From the NCBI GenBank assembly GCA_018064855.1, contig JAGHUM010000005.1:38760-102759 (forward strand): a stretch of DNA of 64,000 nt. Reading direction: 5' to 3'. Every line of letters begins with the position of its first letter. Positions within the stretch are counted from its first letter, which is position 1. This DNA comes from Candidatus Physcocola equi (GTDB lineage Bacteria > Bacteroidota > Bacteroidia > Bacteroidales > Paludibacteraceae). Below, piece after piece: positions 18,625-27,976 of this stretch. The notes below the pieces were generated by a model that was given only the letters and a program-made list of their open reading frames with translations, ran no database searches and had not been told where the DNA came from. The position numbers and the translations under genes are program-made.

Positions 18625-19539
18625 ATGAGCGAAATCAAAACCAACGGCATACAAGCCTGGCTACTTGCCAGCAGGCCCAAAACACTGGCAGCCGCAGCCA
18701 CTCCGGTGATAATCGGATGTGCCGCAGCGTACCAAGCAGGGACATTTCAATTGATACCCGCACTGATCTGCCTTTTATTCGCACTGCTGATGCAAATCGC
18801 AGCAAACCTTATCAACGACTTGATAGACTTTGAGAAAGGGACAGATGGCGAAGAAAGATTAGGTCCGCTTAGAGCGACTGCACAAGGATGGATCACCCCC
18901 AAAGCCATGAAGACAGGCATTGCCATCGTTTGTGGGACAGCCTGTGCCATTGGGCTTTGCATTCTGTTTTACACCACATGGCATCTGATACTTGTAGGTC
19001 TCGCGTGCGTGGTCTTCGCATATTTCTACACTTCCGGCCCATATCCACTTTCGTACAACGGATGGGGCGATGTGGCAGTTGTGGTTTTCTTCGGATTGGT
19101 TCCCACTTGCATGACCTATTATGTGCAGACAGCCAGCGTAGATCCGCATGTGATATGGCATTCCATAGCAGTCGGGTTAGTCGTGAACGGCTTGCTTGTA
19201 GTCAACAACTACAGAGATAGAGACACCGACAAAAACAGTGGGAAAAAAACCCTTATTGTAAAATTAGGAGAAGCCTTTGGCCGGTATTTTTATCTGGTGC
19301 AAGGATTGATTGCAGCAGTTGTCACTATCATAGCCTACCTGTCCAATCCCAATCAAGCCACCCCTCTCTACGGCGGTTTATTCTTGCTTATCTATGTGGC
19401 AGCGCATATCAGCACATGGAAAAAACTCAGCACAATTAGAAGAGGGAAAGAATTAAACAAACTGATAGGTGAAACATCGAGAAATATGTTGGTTTACTCC
19501 ATATTAGTCAGCATATCACTCCTCATTTATTGCAAATAA
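18625..19539 (+). CDS. menA: 1,4-dihydroxy-2-naphthoate polyprenyltransferase
   Basis: 304 aa UbiA-family membrane protein with NLINDLIDFEKGTD and a YRDRDTDKNSGKKT second Asp-rich motif. Confidence 0.85.
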   Translation: MSEIKTNGIQAWLLASRPKTLAAAATPVIIGCAAAYQAGTFQLIPALICLLFALLMQIAANLINDLIDFEKGTDGEERLGPLRATAQGWITPKAMKTGIAIVCGTACAIGLCILFYTTWHLILVGLACVVFAYFYTSGPYPLSYNGWGDVAVVVFFGLVPTCMTYYVQTASVDPHVIWHSIAVGLVVNGLLVVNNYRDRDTDKNSGKKTLIVKLGEAFGRYFYLVQGLIAAVVTIIAYLSNPNQATPLYGGLFLLIYVAAHISTWKKLSTIRRGKELNKLIGETSRNMLVYSILVSISLLIYCK

Positions 19540-20630
19540 TACCACCCAAGATGGAATTAAAAGACGTCATAAGCTATTGCATAAAAAAAGAAATCGCTTT
19601 TTATTGTTATAGAAAGCCTGGTATGCCAATAAAGACCGGAATTGGAACTATAAAAGAGATCAGTACCAATGAACTTTTCACCCAAGAAAAATCCGGCTTT
19701 ACCATAATGCCATTTGACTGCGACGAAAAAGGGTATTATATATCAGACGATTATTTCTTTCTCGGGACAGACGCGAAAATCAGCGAATCTGATTTGAATA
19801 ATATCGAAAAATCCGACCTCCATAAGTCTCAGAATAACGTTCAAATCAATCAAAAAGACTTTGAGCGCCAACCATATATGGCACGAGTACAGTCGGCCAT
19901 AGACACGATAAAAAAGGGGGGATTATCAAAAGTCGTATATTCCCACCCCGAATATGTGACAGGAGACAAGACAAACGAAGTGACGACAATCATGAGCCGC
20001 TTGATGTCGGCATATCCACACGCATATATTGCAATCGTAAACCTTCCAGGCTATGCCATTTGGATATGTGCGACGCCAGAACTACTCTTAAGCCGAAAGG
20101 GGCAAAACATACAAACCAATGCCATTGCCGGCACCAGGAAAGTATGCGTATCTGGAACACCTTGGGACGAAAAAAACAAGGAGGAACAACAGATTGTGGA
20201 GAAGTTTATCGTCGACACTCTAAAGCACGACTGCACAAGCATCACAGCGCTTCCTGTATGCACCAGTCGGGCAGGACATTTGGAGCACCTGCAGACTAGA
20301 ATCAACGCAAAAATGCCAGAAGACCAGTCAGCAGTCGGACTAATCACCCGTCTCCACCCTACCCCAGCCGTTTGCGGGATGCCCAAAGAAGCAGCAAAAG
20401 CCAACCTAAGAGATCACGAGAACTACAACAGGGAGATGTATAGCGGCTATTTAGGTCACATCACAAGCGAGACACACTTTTCATTTTTCGTGAATTTAAG
20501 ATGCCTGAAAATGACAAAAGAGGGAACAATACTATATGCTGGCGGAGGGATTACCCACAGCAGCGACCCGCTAACAGAATGGGAAGAAACGAAAATGAAA
20601 ATTGAGACACTAAAAAGACACTTGTCATGA
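19530..20630 (+). CDS. menF: Isochorismate synthase
   Basis: 366 aa. The chorismate-binding C-terminus has LHPTPAVCGMP and GGGITHSSDPLTEWEETKMK. An alternative start is at 19551. Confidence 0.85.
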   Translation: MQIIPPKMELKDVISYCIKKEIAFYCYRKPGMPIKTGIGTIKEISTNELFTQEKSGFTIMPFDCDEKGYYISDDYFFLGTDAKISESDLNNIEKSDLHKSQNNVQINQKDFERQPYMARVQSAIDTIKKGGLSKVVYSHPEYVTGDKTNEVTTIMSRLMSAYPHAYIAIVNLPGYAIWICATPELLLSRKGQNIQTNAIAGTRKVCVSGTPWDEKNKEEQQIVEKFIVDTLKHDCTSITALPVCTSRAGHLEHLQTRINAKMPEDQSAVGLITRLHPTPAVCGMPKEAAKANLRDHENYNREMYSGYLGHITSETHFSFFVNLRCLKMTKEGTILYAGGGITHSSDPLTEWEETKMKIETLKRHLS

Positions 20631-22255
20631 TAACAACAAGCAAATCGTCAATCGCCAGCCTGGCTCACATTCTTGCAGTAAAGGGAGTTGTTGACGTTGT
20701 TGTCTCACCAGGCTCACGAAACGCCCCCATCAGCATCGCCATGAACAGAGAGCCCGGACTTCGCTGCACGGTCATCACAGATGAACGATGCGCCGGTTTT
20801 GTAGCCCTTGGAATGTCTCAACGAAGCAAACGATGCACCGCAGTCATATGCACATCAGGGACTGCCCTTCTTAACCTTGCCCCAGCCGCAGCAGAAGCCT
20901 ATTATCAGCAGTTGCCACTTTTAATCATTAGTGCAGACCGTCCTTCCGAATGGATTGACCAAAACGACAGTCAAACACTTCGCCAAAACGGAGCATTGGC
21001 CAACTTTGTGAAAGCCAGTTACACCCTTCCAGAAGCAAGTTACACCGATAAGACACAACTATGGCACGCCAACAGAATCATAAATGAGGCAACAAACAAA
21101 TGTGTGTCAGGTAAAAAAGGTCCTGTCCATTTGAACATACCCATAGACAACCCTCTTTATGACTTATCTGAAAAAGACACAAAAGACAGAATCGTCACAT
21201 ATATTTCTCCCAAAAACAACACCTTACCCCCGCTAAACGGACAAAAGAGAGTGATGATATTGGCAGGATTCATGCAACCAGACAGCGTCCTCAACGGCAT
21301 CATCAACGAAATGGCGAACCAAGGCATCGCCGTAGTGGCAGAACACCTGTCCAACATTTACGGGGAAAACATCATCAACAATGTAGAGCAAACCTTTTCA
21401 AACATCCTCAAACAGGATAAACCAGAAAAGTTTTGCCCCGATCTGCTTATTGTTATGGGTGGTGCGCTCGTCAGCAAAAGCGCTAAAATGTATTTCAGAA
21501 AATACGCAGCAAAACAGACCTGGCAACTTGGTAAAGGGGAAGAAATTATCGACACATTCTGTCATGTGACGCACTGCATTGATTTTGATGCGGACATGGA
21601 GAATGAAACAGAATCGGTAATAAAAGAAAGAACAAGAACTTTGCTCGGACTGAAAGGCGAAGACACCAGCATCCAATTCGACAGACGATGGTGGAATGAA
21701 TGGATAAAAGAAAGTGAGTCCGCATATCATAATGACGACAACAGCTCCACTGCATGGAATGAAAAAAACATAATAGACATCATCATAAACAATCTGACAA
21801 AAAAAACTGACATTCACCTAAGCAACGGGCTGAGTGTGAGATACGGACAAAACAAAAAGAATGAAATTGGACATCATTATTACGCCAATCGCGGCGTAAG
21901 CGGCATCGACGGATGCACCAGCACATCAGTTGGTTCAGCCATGAGAAACGATGGGAATGCCATACTGATAACCGGCGACATGTGTTTCGTTTACGACAGC
22001 AATGCCATTCTCACCACCCCCGTTCCCCAAAATCTTACGATATTCATCATCAACAACAATGGAGGTGGAATTTTCCGCAAATTAAATGGACCAAGTCAGA
22101 CAGCGGAATTTGAGCGTTTCTTCATAGCCGAAAACAACATGGCGAAAATCAGCGGGATATGCGAAAACAAAACATTCCGCCAAGTAAGAAACTTTGAAGA
22201 ACTAAAAAAGGAATTAACAAACAAGACCAGTCAGATCATAGAGATTCTGATATAA
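20627..22255 (+). CDS. menD: 2-succinyl-5-enolpyruvyl-6-hydroxy-3-cyclohexene-1-carboxylate synthase
   Basis: 542 aa ThDP enzyme with SPGSRNAPIS, TSGTALLNLAPA and GVSGIDGCTS. There is a 4-nt overlap with menF. Confidence 0.9.
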   Translation: MITTSKSSIASLAHILAVKGVVDVVVSPGSRNAPISIAMNREPGLRCTVITDERCAGFVALGMSQRSKRCTAVICTSGTALLNLAPAAAEAYYQQLPLLIISADRPSEWIDQNDSQTLRQNGALANFVKASYTLPEASYTDKTQLWHANRIINEATNKCVSGKKGPVHLNIPIDNPLYDLSEKDTKDRIVTYISPKNNTLPPLNGQKRVMILAGFMQPDSVLNGIINEMANQGIAVVAEHLSNIYGENIINNVEQTFSNILKQDKPEKFCPDLLIVMGGALVSKSAKMYFRKYAAKQTWQLGKGEEIIDTFCHVTHCIDFDADMENETESVIKERTRTLLGLKGEDTSIQFDRRWWNEWIKESESAYHNDDNSSTAWNEKNIIDIIINNLTKKTDIHLSNGLSVRYGQNKKNEIGHHYYANRGVSGIDGCTSTSVGSAMRNDGNAILITGDMCFVYDSNAILTTPVPQNLTIFIINNNGGGIFRKLNGPSQTAEFERFFIAENNMAKISGICENKTFRQVRNFEELKKELTNKTSQIIEILI

Positions 22256-22268
22256 CCAAAAGAATAAT

Positions 22269-22784
22269 ATGCGAAAAGAAAGCAGAGAAATGAGTGCCGA
22301 ATGGGCTCTTGAAGTATTTGACAAGGCTCCATACATCACCGTCAGCATGACAGAAGAAGATGGCACGCCTTACGGATTACCATTGTCGCTTGTGCGTACA
22401 GACGAAAACACCTTTTATTTCCATTGTGCGAAGGAGGGTAAAAAACTAGACCTTCTCAAAAAGAATCCAAAAGTATGCCTTAGCGCGGTCACAAAATGCA
22501 AGCCAACAATAGGTCCCAAAGACGGCAGTTTCACTCTTGAATTCAAATCTGCCATTGCCTTTGGCAATGCTGAAATAATAGAGAACGACGCAGAAAAGAT
22601 AGAAGGACTAAGAGCCATCTGCAACCGTTTTTTGCCGCAACACATGGACGCATTCAACGATGCGATCAGCCGCAGCCTGTCGCGCACAGCAGTAGTTAAA
22701 ATCACCCTTTCTGAGCCACCCACAGGCAAACGCAAACAATATGACAACCAAGGAGAAGAAATGAAGTGGCAGAGAATGGAATAA
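22269..22784 (+). CDS. Pyridoxamine 5'-phosphate oxidase family flavoprotein (Pyridox_ox_2 / Nim-like)
   Basis: 171 aa. The layout MRKESREMS...ITVSM..EDGTPYGLPLS...FYFHCAKEGKKLDLLKKNPKVCLS parallels what I recall of Nim-type proteins. Confidence 0.7.
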   Translation: MRKESREMSAEWALEVFDKAPYITVSMTEEDGTPYGLPLSLVRTDENTFYFHCAKEGKKLDLLKKNPKVCLSAVTKCKPTIGPKDGSFTLEFKSAIAFGNAEIIENDAEKIEGLRAICNRFLPQHMDAFNDAISRSLSRTAVVKITLSEPPTGKRKQYDNQGEEMKWQRME

Positions 22785-22785
22785 T

Positions 22786-24120
22786 TCAAAATTGCTCAAC
22801 AAAAGAGCCACGTTCCATCACAACATACCCTTTATGATAACGAGACAGCCACCACTGGGCTGTAGAAGAAGAGCAAGAGGAATCAATAATCAGACGCTTG
22901 TAGGCAAAAATGCGCGAAAGCACATCCTTTTCTATCTTCACATTTCGGGACACAACCAAATAATCAACAGCAACAGGACACTCAGGATATGAGAAGTTTT
23001 CTTCAGGAACTTTGCTCAACACAAAAGCCTTTCTTCCACCAATAGAAAACACCCCAACAGAATCGATGACAGGTGTGGCAGGAGCATAAGAAGCCAACCA
23101 AAAACCATTGGCTTTTCGTGAGACTTTATCCATATTGTCCGTCTTCACCACATTATCATGAAAAGAAAAGGCATTTACAGCAGAGACACCAGGCAAATAA
23201 TAGACCGCAAATGTTGATTTAGACGTTTTCAGCTCATAATCAAGGATAGAGAAAGACAGCATCAGCAATACAGAAACGAGGGAAAGAATAAGCGCGAAAG
23301 GGCGACGAACGGAGCAATACAACGCAAACAAAAGAATCGCCACAAAGATCAAGAAAACACAAATCAAAGGGCAATACAAATCGGATGCTGAGGAAAAAGG
23401 AATATGGTTGATGCTTTCCACACAAAAGTTCATCGCAATTGCCACCTTATCCAATAGAAAAGCGAAGAAATCGCAGACACAAGAAACGGGATAAGTCAAC
23501 AATGTCAGCCCCGTTAAAGCGATCAAGGCCGTAGCAAGAGGCACTACAACGAGAGCAGACAACCAGAACAAAAATGAGAATTGATGAAAATAATATAACA
23601 CTAAAGGCGCTGTGCCTATTTGAGCGGCCAAAGACACTGAAGTCAGATTCCATGTCCAAGCCAGAAACTTATTAGCCGGAGAGAACAAAGCGGCAATCTT
23701 CGGCTGGAAAAACAAGATCGACAACACCGCCGCATAACTTAACTGAAAACCCACATTAAAAAGGAGTTGCGGTTCCCAAACAATCAAAAGAAACATGGAT
23801 GAGAACAACGACGCATAAGCATAAAAAGGTCTTTGGAATAGAAATGCGAACTGAAAGAAAGAGAACATTAAAGCCGACCTTAAAACCGAAGCCGACCCTC
23901 CGGTCAAAAAGGCGAAACTCCACAGAAGGACAAGGACAAAAGAAACACGAGCCAATCTGAAACCCGTCTTATTTCCACGAATAAAAAGAGAGAACAGGAA
24001 ATTCAGAAAAACAAAAATGACACCAACATGCAAACCACTTACAGCTAATACATGACTGGCGCCACTTTTCGAATAAGATAATTTCAATTCGGAATCAAGA
24101 AAATCTTTCTTGCCGAACAC
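22786..24120 (-). CDS. comEC: ComEC/Rec2 C-terminal fragment (competence domain), frameshifted relative to the upstream fragment
   Basis: 444-aa ORF beginning at a GTG. It contains SKSGASHVLAVSGLHVGVIF and multiple TM helices. See the A9 tract at 24159-24167. Confidence 0.8.
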   Translation of the reverse strand: MFGKKDFLDSELKLSYSKSGASHVLAVSGLHVGVIFVFLNFLFSLFIRGNKTGFRLARVSFVLVLLWSFAFLTGGSASVLRSALMFSFFQFAFLFQRPFYAYASLFSSMFLLIVWEPQLLFNVGFQLSYAAVLSILFFQPKIAALFSPANKFLAWTWNLTSVSLAAQIGTAPLVLYYFHQFSFLFWLSALVVVPLATALIALTGLTLLTYPVSCVCDFFAFLLDKVAIAMNFCVESINHIPFSSASDLYCPLICVFLIFVAILLFALYCSVRRPFALILSLVSVLLMLSFSILDYELKTSKSTFAVYYLPGVSAVNAFSFHDNVVKTDNMDKVSRKANGFWLASYAPATPVIDSVGVFSIGGRKAFVLSKVPEENFSYPECPVAVDYLVVSRNVKIEKDVLSRIFAYKRLIIDSSCSSSTAQWWLSRYHKGYVVMERGSFVEQF

Positions 24121-24152
24121 AAGCGCTGAAACTAATGCAAAAGAATTTTCGT

Positions 24153-24818
24153 TCAGTCTTTTTTTTTAAGCATCGAAAGCAAAGAGTCACGAGAGACAGC
24201 AAACGATGTGTTTTTATGTGAAATAATCACCCAATCCGTTTCCCTGATAAAAAAGGAGGCGTCTGCGTTTTCCAAATCAGCCTGAAAAGAAGAAACGGGC
24301 AATCTGTCATCAATCTTATAATCGGAAAGATCATTGCAAAACAAAGCTAAAGAGTCACCTTTCAGCAGAGAAGATGAACGTTCGTCTTTTGGCAGGAACA
24401 CGACAGCTTTCAATGTTTGAGCAGTGGCATTCATTTCGCTGTGCTTCTGAGACAGGCTCATGACGCAGCAAACCGACTTTTCACCCTCTTTTGGAGCATC
24501 GATAACCTTACCAACAAAGTATTGGGAATCATAAGCCAACTGATGTTCGTTTTTGTGCATAAACAGCAATCCCGCAGAGACGCTGATCACCGACACAGCG
24601 AAGCCAAATATCCACCGATAAGAGAACCTGTTTTCCTGGCTTCTGACAAGGAAATACAACAACAGCATGAAAGCACCGAACACAAAACCAAGGAGTGAAA
24701 ACTTATAATTCACACCAATCAGGTTTATGGCAATGCCAACAACAAAGAAAACTACAATCCTCAATAAAGGGATTTTATGCAAAACGTCCATAAAAATAGA
24801 AAGGCTATAAAATAGCAA
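24153..24818 (-). CDS. comEC: ComEC N-terminal fragment (TM helices + DUF4131/OB-like part)
   Basis: 221-aa ORF ending ...LLSMLKKKD* inside a homopolymer. The same DNA read in the adjacent frame continues into the 22786..24120 ORF. Confidence 0.7.
   Translation of the reverse strand: MLFYSLSIFMDVLHKIPLLRIVVFFVVGIAINLIGVNYKFSLLGFVFGAFMLLLYFLVRSQENRFSYRWIFGFAVSVISVSAGLLFMHKNEHQLAYDSQYFVGKVIDAPKEGEKSVCCVMSLSQKHSEMNATAQTLKAVVFLPKDERSSSLLKGDSLALFCNDLSDYKIDDRLPVSSFQADLENADASFFIRETDWVIISHKNTSFAVSRDSLLSMLKKKD
24159..24167. repeat. T9/A9 homopolymer at the comEC frame break
   Basis: The plus strand reads gtc ttttttttt aag. On the coding strand this is atg ctt aaa aaa aaa gac tga. Confidence 0.95.
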
Positions 24819-24847
24819 TAGTTAAGAATAAAATAAACAGAAATAAA

Positions 24848-25510
24848 TCAGAGTGCTTTCAACTTGGCAATCGTGTCGAGAGGGTCTTTAGCCCCAAAGA
24901 CAAAACTACCAGCAACAAGCGCATCAGCACCCGCAGAGATCAATTTAGCACCGGTCTCGAGGTTCACACCACCATCCACTTCGATAATTGCCTTTGAATT
25001 CTTTCTTAAAATAAGTTCCTTTGCACGAGATACCTTATCGAGTGTGTTATTGATGAACTTTTGTCCGCCAAAGCCTGGATTAACAGACATCAGCATAACA
25101 ACATCAATATCCTCGATAACTTCTTCAAGGAGTGAGATAGGTGTATGTGGATTCAGCGCGACACCTGCCTTCATACCGGCATCTTTAATGCGCTGAATGG
25201 AGCGATGGAGATGTGTGCACGCCTCATAATGAACGGTAAGCACACCGGCTCCCAATTTTTGAAAGTCGCTGATAAACTTATCCGGCTCCACAATCATCAG
25301 ATGAACATCAAGCACTTTTTTACATTCCTTTTGCACAGCAGCAATCACTGGCATACCGAAAGAAATGTTAGGTACAAAAACGCCATCCATCACATCGAGA
25401 TGTAACCAATCCGCTTCACTACGGTTAATCATATCCAAATCTTTGTGAAGATTGGCGAAATCCGCAGAGAGCAAAGACGGAGCAACGATTATGTTCTTAT
25501 CAGTTTTCAT
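24848..25510 (-). CDS. rpe: Ribulose-phosphate 3-epimerase
   Basis: 220 aa with APSLLSADF, HLDVMDGVFVPN and VNPGFGGQKF. Confidence 0.95.
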   Translation of the reverse strand: MKTDKNIIVAPSLLSADFANLHKDLDMINRSEADWLHLDVMDGVFVPNISFGMPVIAAVQKECKKVLDVHLMIVEPDKFISDFQKLGAGVLTVHYEACTHLHRSIQRIKDAGMKAGVALNPHTPISLLEEVIEDIDVVMLMSVNPGFGGQKFINNTLDKVSRAKELILRKNSKAIIEVDGGVNLETGAKLISAGADALVAGSFVFGAKDPLDTIAKLKAL

Positions 25511-25681
25511 TCGGTTGCAAAATTACAAGAAATATTGCGAATAGTGTATATGAAAAGCGAAATTTCTTTATTCACATCAACGTTTCTTTCAAATACCCAC
25601 TCTATTCCACCTTTTTATGGGGGAATGACCAATCAAGTCACGGACATTGGCGGAAAACACAAAAAAGGGTTTAGAGGTCAC

Positions 25682-26551
25682 CTAAAATCTTTCAATCTCC
25701 TCCTGCGACAAACCAGTTGCTTTGGAAATCACATCAATTGCGACACCCAGATTCTTCAAATTGCGAGCATTCTCAATTTTCTCTTCCATACGTCCTTCAG
25801 CACGTCCTTCTTCCACTCCGTCATTTTTGGCGGTATTGATCACATCGTTTTGAATTCTGACATTATCCAAGTGCCTTTCGTATGCAAGTCGTTCAGCAGG
25901 TGTCATTGTGATGTATTTCAACTTCTCACGGGCTTCCTGCAATCCGGGCACATTTGTGTCATCCTTAATCACACCATTTTTTATATATTCGATCCACTCT
26001 TCAATCGGCGTTTTCGCCAATTCGTTAAACTGATTGACTCTTATCAAGTAGTATTCAGGGAACACAGAGCCAGCAGGCCATTTACGAAGTGAGTCTTGCT
26101 GCTTTCGGCTTATTTGGAGAACATCATCGGCAAACACGCCTTTGAATTCAGTCTTGCCATGGTACAGATAGTCCTTACCAGTTCCCAAGTCAAAGTAGAG
26201 GATGTTCACAGAGTAAACTTTTTTCACTTTGTCGTAGTCACTGCCGAGCGACACATGCTCACATATAGCCTTGCTTACTCCGTACAGTATGCGTTCTAGG
26301 AAATAGACCTCGCGTGAAAGTTGAACCTCAACGATGATGATTTCGTCTTTCGAGTTTCTTGCTTTGATGTCAACACGGTTAAATATATCATCGTAACTGT
26401 CCTGGTTGCTTTCGCTTTCCAAGATTTCAGTTATGGTAATCTTTTCATCCAGAAGCACAGTCAGCAAACCTTCCAGCACGCCAAAATTAGCCTTGTCGCG
26501 AAGCATTCGCTTCACAGCCCAATCAAAATGTATGTACTTTTCTGCTGCCAT
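25682..26551 (-). CDS. Rpn/YhgA-like PD-(D/E)XK nuclease family protein (PDDEXK_2, putative-transposase family)
   Basis: 289 aa. It contains KYIHFDWAVKRMLRDKANFGVLEGLL...RVDIKARNSKDEIIIVEVQ...VYSVNILYFDLG. The C-terminal tail is EEGRAEGRMEEKIENARNLKNLGVAIDVISKATGLSQEEIE, as in Rpn-type proteins. Confidence 0.75.
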   Translation of the reverse strand: MAAEKYIHFDWAVKRMLRDKANFGVLEGLLTVLLDEKITITEILESESNQDSYDDIFNRVDIKARNSKDEIIIVEVQLSREVYFLERILYGVSKAICEHVSLGSDYDKVKKVYSVNILYFDLGTGKDYLYHGKTEFKGVFADDVLQISRKQQDSLRKWPAGSVFPEYYLIRVNQFNELAKTPIEEWIEYIKNGVIKDDTNVPGLQEAREKLKYITMTPAERLAYERHLDNVRIQNDVINTAKNDGVEEGRAEGRMEEKIENARNLKNLGVAIDVISKATGLSQEEIERF

Positions 26552-26670
26552 AACTTAAAATATTACCATTATCATTTACAAAAATAGCGATTTTCAATAA
26601 ATTGGCATCAATAAAAAAGAACAATTGCGGGATAGTCAAAAAAAAACTTATGAAACTGTTCCATAATATA

Positions 26671-26707
26671 CTAAAAAGCCTCAGCACCGGTGAGGATGTT
26701 GAGGCTT
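26671..26707 (-). terminator. Rho-independent terminator after the third methyltransferase
   Basis: On the - strand: aagcctca ... tgaggctt (8-bp stem, loop containing CACCGGTG), followed by ttttt. Confidence 0.55.
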
Positions 26708-26779
26708 ATGATGATAGTTGTGAGAATAAAAGCACTAACGTTCCCAAGTCACGGGTAGAGTTTATCTATTTTTTAATCA

Positions 26780-27976
26780 TTATTTTATTCCGATAAAGTC
26801 ACTTAATGGACGAATCTTCGCTCTATAGGTATTTAAACCTTCTTTCAACCTTGAATATCGTTTAAATTCAACAGTTTTACTGCCATCAAATTTCAGTACA
26901 ACGTAGTATGGTGCATGCTCTGGCGTAAAACCATATTTTTCAAGAGTTTCCTTTGTCCATATTTGGAAACTGCCTTTCGACTTTAACCTAAACATCTCCA
27001 CATTTTCGCCACTTGTATGCAAAAGTAAATACTGCAATCTTTCAAATCCAGATGTAACCAATAACGACCCTTGTGAATCACCAGCACGCAAATAACAAAT
27101 ACCTGTTTCTATCATCTTTTCCCTCAATTCTTTCCTGGCATGATTAACAATAACCATAACTTCCTCCGGATTCTCAGAAATCTTCTTTAGCATCTTTTCA
27201 GCAATGGTCTCATCAGCAAGCTGTTCATATCTCCTTCGACCAATGTCAAGATATTTTTCATCTAAATCAAACCCCACAAACTTCCTGCCGAGCAACCTTG
27301 CTGCAATACCAGTCGTACAACTACCTGCAAATGGATCAAGAATTTTGTCTCCAGGCCGTGAATTTGCCAAAATGATACGATATAACAGATGTAAAGGTTT
27401 TTGAGTAGGATGCTTGCCACACTTCTTTTCCCAATTCGCTACCGATGGTATTTTCCATACATCTGGCATATGAACTCCTCCATTTAACTCTTTTGTCAAG
27501 TCATAATTGAAATAATGAGCAACCTTTTCCGTTTTTCTTGCCCATATCAAGTATTCTGCCGAGAAATTGAATCTTTGATTGGTGAAAGTTGTAGGAGGAT
27601 CGGACTTTTGCCACACTACAATATTCAAAATTTTAAAATCAAGTCCGATAAGACAATTGGCCACCTGAAAAATGTTGTGATAGGTTCCACTCACCCAAAT
27701 TGTTCCATGATTATTCAAACGATCTTTGCATAAAGTAAGCCATCGACGATTGAAATCCTCGACCTTATCGGGAGTAGTTTGTTTATCCCATTCCCCTTTG
27801 TCAAAGGTGCGAATATAACCACTTTTTGTTTTGATCGTAAAACCTTTGGAGAGAAAATATGGTGGGTCTGCAAACACCATATCAAACTTATCAGTCACCT
27901 CTGTAAGCAGCTGCATTGCATCGCCCTTATATAGAGAAAAACCATGCATTTGGTCTGAATAATAAGGAAAAATCAT
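26780..27976 (-). CDS. Beta-class N6-adenine DNA methyltransferase (N6_N4_Mtase family, DpnA/CcrM-HinfI-like) with an uncharacterised roughly 145-aa C-terminal extension
   Basis: 398 aa. Motif IV FADPPYF lies near the N-terminus. Further blocks are IWVSGTYHNIF, VVWQKSDPP, HPTQKP and motif I DPFAGSCTTGIAA. DPPY rather than SPPY argues for m6A. Residues from about 255 to 398 match nothing I recognise. Confidence 0.85.
   Translation of the reverse strand: MIFPYYSDQMHGFSLYKGDAMQLLTEVTDKFDMVFADPPYFLSKGFTIKTKSGYIRTFDKGEWDKQTTPDKVEDFNRRWLTLCKDRLNNHGTIWVSGTYHNIFQVANCLIGLDFKILNIVVWQKSDPPTTFTNQRFNFSAEYLIWARKTEKVAHYFNYDLTKELNGGVHMPDVWKIPSVANWEKKCGKHPTQKPLHLLYRIILANSRPGDKILDPFAGSCTTGIAARLLGRKFVGFDLDEKYLDIGRRRYEQLADETIAEKMLKKISENPEEVMVIVNHARKELREKMIETGICYLRAGDSQGSLLVTSGFERLQYLLLHTSGENVEMFRLKSKGSFQIWTKETLEKYGFTPEHAPYYVVLKFDGSKTVEFKRYSRLKEGLNTYRAKIRPLSDFIGIK

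Noticed and set aside
25445-26092. 215-aa + strand ORF spanning the rpe start and the Rpn-like gene
   Set aside because: It overlaps two well-supported - strand genes and the intergenic region, and has no motifs.
26602-26796. 64-aa + strand ORF between the Rpn-like gene and the third methylase
   Set aside because: It has a TTG start, runs through the - strand terminator hairpin and into the methylase stop, and has no motifs.
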